Made by a program: the position numbers and the translations under genes
The notes under the pieces: generated by a model
Seen by the model: the letters and a program-made list of their open reading frames with translations, nothing else
The model's database searches: none
What the model was told of the DNA's origin: nothing
Assembly: GCA_964646805.1 (NCBI GenBank)
Contig: CAZYFL010000001.1
Coordinates: 1-30,731, forward strand
Reading direction: 5' to 3'
DNA: 30,731 nucleotides
From: an uncultured Elusimicrobiaceae bacterium
Lineage (GTDB): Bacteria; Elusimicrobiota; Elusimicrobia; Elusimicrobiales; UBA9959
Shown here: positions 24,087 to 30,731 of the stretch, piece by piece
Position numbering within the stretch: position 1 is the first letter of the stretch
How the letters are laid out: every line of letters begins with the position of its first letter

Positions 24087-25376
24087 ATGCAAATGACCTA
24101 TGTACAGAAACTGCTGGCCCGTACCACCGGCCGGACCCATGTGGCCGTGGGTGATGTGCTTGAGCCGGAAGTCCACCTGGCGATGTCGCACGAGAACGGC
24201 GCGCTGGTGATAAACCAATTTAACGGGATCTTTGAGGGCGCCGGCCGCGAAGCGAAGGTCTGGAACCCGGACCGTATCGCTATAATCTTCGACCACCGCG
24301 TGCCCGCCGAATCCTCCAAGACCGCCGGCAACCAAAAGAAAACGCGCGAGTTCGTGGCGAAGCAGGGCATACGGAAATTCCACGATATCCGCGGCGATGT
24401 GGGCGGTATCTGCCACCAGATACTGCCTGAGAACGGCTATGTGCGGCCAGGCAGCATCGTCGTGGGCACCGACAGCCACACAACCACGCACGGCGCGCTG
24501 GGCGCGTTCGCGTTCGGGGTAGGCGCCACCGAGATGGCTTCCGTCTGGGCTCTGGGGCGGATACTTAACGTGGAAGTCCCGGCCACCATTAAGGTGACGG
24601 TAAACGGAAAATTCCCCGGGTACGTCTATCCGAAAGATCTGATACTCCACATAATAGGCCTCCTGAGCGCCCAGGGAGCCAACTACAAGGCGCTGGAATT
24701 CCACGGCGATACCATCCACGGTATGTCCACCTCAGGTCGCCTGGTGCTTTGCAACATGAGCGTTGAAGCCGGCGCCACCTCCGGGCTGGTTCCGCCCGAC
24801 GAGGAAACCCTGCGCTATCTCCGCGATGAAGCCGGGATAAAGGACAAGCTGGATATTTTCGGACCCGACCCCGACGCTGTCTACGAACAGGTATTAGCTG
24901 TAGACGCCTCAAAGCTTACCCCGCAGATAGCCTGCCCGCACACCGTTGACAATGTAAAACCGATCGGCGAAGTTAAGGGGAAAAAACTCGACCAGATCGT
25001 AATAGGTTCATGCACCAACGGGCGCCTGGACGATCTTGAAGTTGCGGCAAAAATACTGAGAGGCCGCCGTGTTGCCGACGGCACGCGCATGCTGGTCTTC
25101 CCTGCATCGTGGCGCATTTATCACAAAGCCATGGACCTTGGCTTTATACAGGAGCTTTCCCGGGCCGGCGCGGTAGTCTGCAACCCCGGCTGCGGGCCGT
25201 GCCTCGGCATACACCAGGGGGCGCTAGCCGATAACGAAGTTGCGCTGGCAACCACCAACCGCAATTTCAAGGGACGCATGGGCAACCCGAAAGCCGAGGT
25301 TTACCTGTGCTCTCCGGCGGTAGCGGCGGCGAGCGCCATCACGGGCGTAATAACGGATCCCAGGGAGGCAAAATGA
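24087..25376 (+). CDS. leuC: 3-isopropylmalate dehydratase / homoaconitase family large subunit
   Basis: IFDHRVP, GICHQ, GTDSHTTTHGALG, IGSCTNGR, NPGCGPCLG, TTNRNFKGRMG, SPAVAAASA. Substrate specificity (LeuC vs HacA) is not determinable. Confidence 0.88.
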   Translation: MQMTYVQKLLARTTGRTHVAVGDVLEPEVHLAMSHENGALVINQFNGIFEGAGREAKVWNPDRIAIIFDHRVPAESSKTAGNQKKTREFVAKQGIRKFHDIRGDVGGICHQILPENGYVRPGSIVVGTDSHTTTHGALGAFAFGVGATEMASVWALGRILNVEVPATIKVTVNGKFPGYVYPKDLILHIIGLLSAQGANYKALEFHGDTIHGMSTSGRLVLCNMSVEAGATSGLVPPDEETLRYLRDEAGIKDKLDIFGPDPDAVYEQVLAVDASKLTPQIACPHTVDNVKPIGEVKGKKLDQIVIGSCTNGRLDDLEVAAKILRGRRVADGTRMLVFPASWRIYHKAMDLGFIQELSRAGAVVCNPGCGPCLGIHQGALADNEVALATTNRNFKGRMGNPKAEVYLCSPAVAAASAITGVITDPREAK

Positions 25377-25873
25377 CCACCAGGAAAGTAGCGCTGAAAG
25401 TTTCAGACGACGTGTCTACCGACATAATTTACCCCGGGCGGTTCATGGCCACGGTTCTCCCCGCCGAAACGCCGCAGTTCGCTTTTGCCGACAATGCGGA
25501 CTTCAACAGCAAACTCAAAGGGGGGGAAATACCCTCCGGCAGCGTTATTGTGGCCGGCAGGAACTTCGGCTGCGGCTCCTCCAGGGAGCAGGCGGTTTCC
25601 TGCCTTAAGGGCTACGACCTTGCGATTGTGGCGCGCGACATCTCCCGCATTTTCCTCCAGAGCGCGATCAACCTGGGGCTGAACATAATTATCTGCCCGG
25701 AAATAGAGGCCGCTGAAGGCGAAGATCTGGAGTTCGCGGAGGAGAAGGTCTTCAACCGCACTTCAGGGAAATCATTCGCTACAAACCCGCTCCCGAAAGC
25801 GCGCCAGGCCATTATTGACGCGGGCGGCCTGATCCCGTACACCCGGAAATTGATGATGGAGACACGCTCTTAA
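25373..25873 (+). CDS. leuD: 3-isopropylmalate dehydratase / homoaconitase family small subunit
   Basis: Start at ATG 25373 (ATGA overlap). DDVSTDIIYPG, AGRNFGCGSSREQA, SRIFLQSAINLGL, IIDAGGLIPY. Confidence 0.88.
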   Translation: MTTRKVALKVSDDVSTDIIYPGRFMATVLPAETPQFAFADNADFNSKLKGGEIPSGSVIVAGRNFGCGSSREQAVSCLKGYDLAIVARDISRIFLQSAINLGLNIIICPEIEAAEGEDLEFAEEKVFNRTSGKSFATNPLPKARQAIIDAGGLIPYTRKLMMETRS

Positions 25874-25918
25874 ATGCCTCCCGAAGGTTAACGCGCGACA
25901 GTATTCTTTCATCGCTTT

Positions 25919-26881
25919 ATGACAGAGCTGTTATCGGTGCAAGTATTCCTCGCCGTAGTCACCGCGCTTTTCTATATTGAGGCCAGGCTGCTGCTCCACG
26001 CGTGGCTCCATAGGCGCCAAAAGCCGCGGCCTGGGTTCTGGCCGCGCCTGGGTTCAACATTCAACAGGCGGTTCAGCCGCATTTTCCACACGGCCGCGGT
26101 ATTCGGTGCGGGATGCATCCTCTACGGCTTCTTTATTGAACCGTCCTGGATTGAGGTTAAGACGGTCCGGCTCTCGTCGCCTGGAATATTTCCATCATCA
26201 GGACCGATCCGGATCGTGCATCTTTCCGACCTGCATTCTGAGGCGGAACCTCTGAACGAGCCGGCCGCCATGGGGCTGGTGAATAGTCTCAAGCCGGACA
26301 TCGTGGTAGTCACCGGCGATTATCTCAATACAACGGAGGGCATCCCGGTGGTCAGACGCATGCTCTCAGCTCTTACGGCTCCATACGGCGTGTTCTGCAT
26401 AACCGGAAACTACGATTTACAGGTACCGGCTCCAGGGCTATTTAACGGTCTGCCTGTGCGGCGACTGGACAAAAGCGCAGCGATTTTGGACATACGCGGC
26501 ACAAAAATACGCGTCATCGGGCTCGAAATTAATTCGGGTTCATATTTCAAACGCCTGATGGCGGATTTGGGTCCCTCTCCGGGCTATGATGTCCTCCTCC
26601 ATCATTACTCAGACCTTGTCTATGAGGCGGATAAGGCCGGCATAGACCTCTATCTTTCCGGCCATACCCACGGCGGGCAGATACGGCTGCCATTCTACGG
26701 CGCGCTGATTACTTTGGCTACTTTCGGAAAGCGTTTCGAGAGCGGCCTGTATCGGGTTGGCAGATCCGCGCTGTATGTGAACCGCGGGCTGGGCATGGAG
26801 GGAGGGATAGCGCCCAAAGTGCGCTTCCTTTGCAGGCCGGAGATTACAGTGTTTGAAATATCGGCCGGCAAAAATCACTAG
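25919..26881 (+). CDS. Membrane-anchored calcineurin-like metallophosphoesterase (YkuE/YaeI type)
   Basis: N-terminal TM helices, then HLSDLH, TGDY, GNYD (canonical GNHD), LLHH, SGHTHGGQI, VNRGLG. Confidence 0.85.
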   Translation: MTELLSVQVFLAVVTALFYIEARLLLHAWLHRRQKPRPGFWPRLGSTFNRRFSRIFHTAAVFGAGCILYGFFIEPSWIEVKTVRLSSPGIFPSSGPIRIVHLSDLHSEAEPLNEPAAMGLVNSLKPDIVVVTGDYLNTTEGIPVVRRMLSALTAPYGVFCITGNYDLQVPAPGLFNGLPVRRLDKSAAILDIRGTKIRVIGLEINSGSYFKRLMADLGPSPGYDVLLHHYSDLVYEADKAGIDLYLSGHTHGGQIRLPFYGALITLATFGKRFESGLYRVGRSALYVNRGLGMEGGIAPKVRFLCRPEITVFEISAGKNH

Positions 26882-26934
26882 TATGGAAACAGAAACAGCC
26901 GCACACCCCACAAATCCAGATACCGGAGGATAGC

Positions 26935-27399
26935 ATGATCCCGAATCTTACAGCGGAGACTGGAAACCGGAGCAAAGCATGTATCTTAAGAGGAGGCACA
27001 GTCGCACTACTTCTCTTCGGAGCAGGTCATCTATGCGGGTGGGCGGCCTGGAATATGCCGGTACGCTTCTCAGATTGCTCCAGTTTCCTGTCAAGACCCA
27101 AAGAATGTCTGGCATCGGGGGAAGATTGGAATGACCCCCAGGCCCGCGAGAGAGCGGAGAAAAGGGCCAGCTTGCATGCGCGCTGGTCGTTCATCATGCT
27201 GCCGGCTCTTCTTCTTTCCGGTATTCTTTTTGTTCCAGTATATGCGTTGGCGCTCCTGGTTCCTCCTCCACAACACGGCTTCCTATGGCACATCCTTGCC
27301 GCCGGACTCTACTTTACTCTCGGGGCGATTGTTGCCTGCTGGAGAGCACGGCGGGCTGACGCGTATAAGCGGGAAAGCATAAGCGGAAAAAACAGCTAA
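26935..27399 (+). CDS. Hypothetical membrane protein
   Basis: 154 aa with three hydrophobic segments and GGAGG RBS. Confidence 0.6.
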   Translation: MIPNLTAETGNRSKACILRGGTVALLLFGAGHLCGWAAWNMPVRFSDCSSFLSRPKECLASGEDWNDPQARERAEKRASLHARWSFIMLPALLLSGILFVPVYALALLVPPPQHGFLWHILAAGLYFTLGAIVACWRARRADAYKRESISGKNS

Positions 27400-27480
27400 A
27401 AAACAGCTTGTCAGGTAAGCGCATTTTCTTATAAACTATTCTTCGCGACGCTGATTTTCCGGCACAGTACGGAGGCCCGC

Positions 27481-29319
27481 ATGAAAGGATGGGTAGGGAA
27501 TATTCTCAGGGTCAACCTGACGGCCAAAACATATAAAAAAGAACCCTTCAGCGAAGAATTCGCCAAAACCTGGGTGGGCGGGCGCGGCTTTGCCGTTAAG
27601 ATTCTCTACGACGAACTAAAACCGGGAATAGACCCTCTCGGCCCGGAAAACAAACTGGTGGTCGCCCTCGGGCCGATTTCCGGCATCCCGGCTCCCAATA
27701 CCGGCAAGGCGGTCGTAGCCGCCAAGTCGCCCCTTACCGGCTTCTATGGCGACGGGAACGTGGGCACAAAAGTTTCCGATCAGCTCCGCAAAGCCGGGTA
27801 CGACGCTTTGATTGTTGAAGGCAGGGCTGAAACCCCGACAATGCTTTATATTGAGGACGACAAGGTGGAGTTCCTCGCCGCCGGCGAGGTCTGGGGCAAA
27901 GGCACTTACGCCACTAACGACTGGGTCTACGGGAAATACGGCAAGACCGTTGGAGTCCTGAACATAGGCCAGGGCGGAGAAAATATGGTGCGCTACGCCG
28001 TAGTGCGCAGCCTGGAAGGGCGCGCAGGCGGCCGGCCGGGCATAGGCGCGGTAATGGGCTCCAAGCTCCTCAAGGTCATTGTGGTAAAGGGTACGCAGGC
28101 AATTCCCCAGGCCGATCCCGAAGCCATGAAAGCGCTGGGCTTCGGAGATCTGAAAACGGTGCACGAGATGGACAAAAAATCGGGCTGGTCCATCCAGAGC
28201 ACCAACGGCGTGCTGGCCTGGTGCAACGAAGTGGCGGGACTTCCCGTACAAAACTTCCGCAAGACCAGCCACCCTGAGGCGCATAAGATAGACGGCGAGC
28301 GGCTCAACGAAGCCAGGGTGGCTACCTATGGCTGCCCGAGCTGTACCATGAAGTGCGGCATAACCATTCACGACAAAGAGGGCCGCGAGTCCGAGCTTGA
28401 CTACGAAAATGTCGGCCTCCTGGGTTCTAACCTGAATATCTTTGACCTTGACCAGGTAGGCTCCCTGAACTACCTCTGCGACGAGTACGGCCTGGATACT
28501 ATGTCAGCCGGCTGTACCCTCAGCTTCTACGCCGATGCCATCGCCCGCGGCGCCACGACCGGCGATTTTAAGTTCGGCGACGCCGAACGCGCAAAAGAGT
28601 TGCTGAGGCTGGCCGCGCACCGCGAAGGGAAAGTAGGCAATCTCCTGGCCGACGGCTCCCTGCGCATGGCTAAAGAATTCGGGCATAACTCCGAAGCTTA
28701 CGCTATGCAGGTAAAGGGCCTGGATGTGGCCGCCTACAACTGCAAATTCATCCCCGGCCAGGCGCTGTCCTTCGGCGTGGCCCCCATAGGGGCGCACCAC
28801 AGGGAAGCGTGGATAATCACCTTCGAACTTAAGAACAGCTCCCGCGACTCCTACGGGCCCGAAAAGGCGGCCAAGGTGATAGAACTGCAACGCATCCGCG
28901 GCGGCATGTTTGAGTTCATGGTTGCCTGCCGCTTTCCCTGGATAGAACTTGGGTGGCAACTGGATAACTACCCAAAATATTTCAACCTTGTTACCGGCCT
29001 GAACTGGACTCTGGATGACATGTGGAAAGTGGCCGACCGTATCTACGCCCTGATAAAGCTCCATTATATCAGGGAATTCCCTGACGCGACGCGCAAGGGC
29101 GATTATCCTCCGGCTGTCTGGTTTGACCCGGACAACTCCGACGCCGAAGGGCCTATAGCCGGAAAACACCTGGAGGCGGACAAGTACGACCGGCTTCTCC
29201 AGCACTATTATGACCAGCGCGGCTACGACAAGCGCGGCATTCCGACCAGGGCGACGCTGGAAAAACTCAGCCTCACCCGCGAAGGCGCCGATGCCGAAAA
29301 ATACGCGAAGCTGGCTTAG
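27481..29319 (+). CDS. Aldehyde:ferredoxin oxidoreductase family (W/Mo-bispterin), formaldehyde-oxidoreductase (FOR)-like
   Basis: ILRVNLT, GGRG, AAKSPLTG.YGDGN.G, EGRAGGRPGIGAVMGSK, GCPSCTMKCG, ESELDYENV.LLGSNL, DEYGLDTMS, GAHHREAW, ACRFPW. Candidate promoter TTGTCA-16-TATAAA at 27408-27435. Confidence 0.92.
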   Translation: MKGWVGNILRVNLTAKTYKKEPFSEEFAKTWVGGRGFAVKILYDELKPGIDPLGPENKLVVALGPISGIPAPNTGKAVVAAKSPLTGFYGDGNVGTKVSDQLRKAGYDALIVEGRAETPTMLYIEDDKVEFLAAGEVWGKGTYATNDWVYGKYGKTVGVLNIGQGGENMVRYAVVRSLEGRAGGRPGIGAVMGSKLLKVIVVKGTQAIPQADPEAMKALGFGDLKTVHEMDKKSGWSIQSTNGVLAWCNEVAGLPVQNFRKTSHPEAHKIDGERLNEARVATYGCPSCTMKCGITIHDKEGRESELDYENVGLLGSNLNIFDLDQVGSLNYLCDEYGLDTMSAGCTLSFYADAIARGATTGDFKFGDAERAKELLRLAAHREGKVGNLLADGSLRMAKEFGHNSEAYAMQVKGLDVAAYNCKFIPGQALSFGVAPIGAHHREAWIITFELKNSSRDSYGPEKAAKVIELQRIRGGMFEFMVACRFPWIELGWQLDNYPKYFNLVTGLNWTLDDMWKVADRIYALIKLHYIREFPDATRKGDYPPAVWFDPDNSDAEGPIAGKHLEADKYDRLLQHYYDQRGYDKRGIPTRATLEKLSLTREGADAEKYAKLA

Positions 29320-30537
29320 GTGTTCGTGAAAAAGCCGCTGATTATACATATCATCACCAGGCTTGAGCCGGGCGGGTCCAGCAGGAACGTGATTGACTCC
29401 TGCGCCGCCCAGATTTCAGATTATGATGTGGCGCTATTTTCAGGGCCGTATAAAGATTCCGCGTCCCTGCTCAAACTCCTGCCGCCGGAAGTAAATTACA
29501 TAGAGATAAAAAGCCTCCAGCGGGAAATCTGCGCCGCCGCGGATTTTCGCGCGCTTCTGGAGTTAAAGAGGGAAATAGCCGGGCTTGAGCCCGCTATAGT
29601 GCATACGCATACCTCCAAAGCCGGAGCGCTGGGCCGGCTGGCCGCCGCAATGGCCAACCTGCGCTTTAAAAAACCGGCGGTGATAATACACACGCCGCAC
29701 GGCCATCTGCTTTACGGTTATTACGGCCCTCTGAAAACTTTTATTTTCAGGCTGACCGAAAAATTCCTCTCCAGGTTCACTGATTACTTTATCGCCCTTA
29801 CCCCCGGAGAAATGCGCGAATCCGTGGCAGCCGGAATAGGAGAACCGGGGCAATGGAGAGTGGTGCACAGCGGGGTGGACTTTAAGCCGCCGGCCGTTCC
29901 CGCGCATAAGGTGGACCTTGGTATTGCTACGGATGAAATTGCCGTGGGAACTGTTGCCCGCCTGGAGCCGGTGAAAGGCGTGGAATACCTGATACGCGCG
30001 GCCGCGCTGCTTGATACGCGGCTGCCCGCAATAAGGCTGAAGTTCGTAGTAATAGGCGGGGGGGAACTGGAGACAAAACTGCGCAAACTGGCCGATAGCC
30101 TGGGCGTACGGGACCGGGTGATATTTACAGGCTTCCGCTACGATGCAGCGGCTATTATGGCGGCGCTGGATATTTACGCGCAGCCCTCGCTCAACGAAGC
30201 TATGGGCCGCGCCCCGTTGGAAGCGCAGGCGCTGGGCCTCCCAGTGGTGGTAAGCCGGGTTTGCGGCCTGCCGGATATAATCGTGGAGGAAAAAACCGGC
30301 TTGGCAGTAAAGGCCGGAGACGCTGAAGCGCTGGCTACGGCGCTTGAAAGGCTTATCCTTTCCCAAAAACTGCGCGTACGCATGGGTTCGGCCGCCAAAG
30401 CGTGGGCCGCCGCCCCGGACGCTACCGGTTTCCCCCGCTTCGGGCTGGAAAGCATGAACGCGCAGTTGCTTACGCTCTATAGGAATCAAAGAAACGAATC
30501 GGCTTCACGGTCAAAGAAAAACACGCCGGATATTTAA
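29320..30537 (+). CDS. GT4 (GT-B fold) glycosyltransferase
   Basis: IHIITRLEPGG, IVHTHTSKAGALGRLAA, IIHTPHG, GTVARLEPVKG, QPSLNEAMGRAPLEAQALGLPVV. GTG start. Confidence 0.9.
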   Translation: MFVKKPLIIHIITRLEPGGSSRNVIDSCAAQISDYDVALFSGPYKDSASLLKLLPPEVNYIEIKSLQREICAAADFRALLELKREIAGLEPAIVHTHTSKAGALGRLAAAMANLRFKKPAVIIHTPHGHLLYGYYGPLKTFIFRLTEKFLSRFTDYFIALTPGEMRESVAAGIGEPGQWRVVHSGVDFKPPAVPAHKVDLGIATDEIAVGTVARLEPVKGVEYLIRAAALLDTRLPAIRLKFVVIGGGELETKLRKLADSLGVRDRVIFTGFRYDAAAIMAALDIYAQPSLNEAMGRAPLEAQALGLPVVVSRVCGLPDIIVEEKTGLAVKAGDAEALATALERLILSQKLRVRMGSAAKAWAAAPDATGFPRFGLESMNAQLLTLYRNQRNESASRSKKNTPDI

Positions 30538-30705
30538 GTATGGCGCGTTGAAGAGGCATTATTGAGGTAGTCGGGCATTACCTGATGCGTAAGCGCTACC
30601 CGGACCTTCCCACCCGCCTGGCCGGGCTGATAGGGGCCGCCCTCGCCCGCAAGTAGAAGGAGATAAAAGGGATAGGGACGCTGATGACGTTTTTTTAAGG
30701 ATTAT

Positions 30706-30731
30706 ATGATCGACAAGAAAAGACTCAGCCC
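30706..30731 (+). CDS. Possible start of a downstream CDS truncated by the window end
   Basis: AAGGA followed by ATG ATC GAC AAG AAA AGA CTC AGC (MIDKKRLS). Too short to assign. Confidence 0.3.

Noticed and set aside
30552-30656. Protein-like open stretch RGIIEVVGHYLMRKRYPDLPTRLAGLIGAALARK after the glycosyltransferase
   Set aside because: It is bounded by an upstream stop, with no convincing start or RBS and no recognisable family. It could be a gene remnant, but this is unsupported.
1-30731. CRISPR array, tRNA, rRNA, integrase or transposase
   Set aside because: No regularly spaced repeats, cloverleaf or rRNA-like sequence, or recombinase motifs were found by eye.

Overview
Bacterial window of 30.7 kb. 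The lineage cannot be established from sequence alone. Its core (4087-16726, + strand) is a tightly coupled anaerobic hydrogenase locus. Gene order: tandem Lrp/AsnC-ligand-domain protein, QmoC-like 4Fe-4S/membrane subunit, double (QmoA/B-like) HdrA, MvhD, small ORF, MvhG, MvhA (group 3c [NiFe]-hydrogenase), maturation protease, HydG, a HypC-HydE fusion, and Thermococcales-type HypA plus ATPase-type HypB. The most striking point is the maturation set. The Ni-insertion and processing parts of the [NiFe] pathway are present (HypA, HypB, HypC domain, protease). The genes that build the Fe(CN)2CO unit (hypD, hypE, hypF) are absent from the window. In their place sit the [FeFe]-hydrogenase radical-SAM maturases HydG and a HydE-like domain fused to HypC. 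This suggests a possible hybrid, HypDEF-independent route to [NiFe] active-site assembly (inference, needs genome-wide checking). Also in the window: a partial Gly-rich protein, a frameshifted Doc toxin with an intact AbrB-type antitoxin, three coiled-coil/repeat hypothetical genes, a perfect FNR box, an in-frame 150-bp MITE inside hypB, two secreted hypotheticals, atoDA, a TerC-family gene, a five-gene homoisocitrate-dehydrogenase-like / HMG-CoA-lyase-like / CaiB / LeuCD-like operon, a metallophosphoesterase, an FOR-type aldehyde:ferredoxin oxidoreductase and a GT4 glycosyltransferase. No rRNA, tRNA or CRISPR array was seen.
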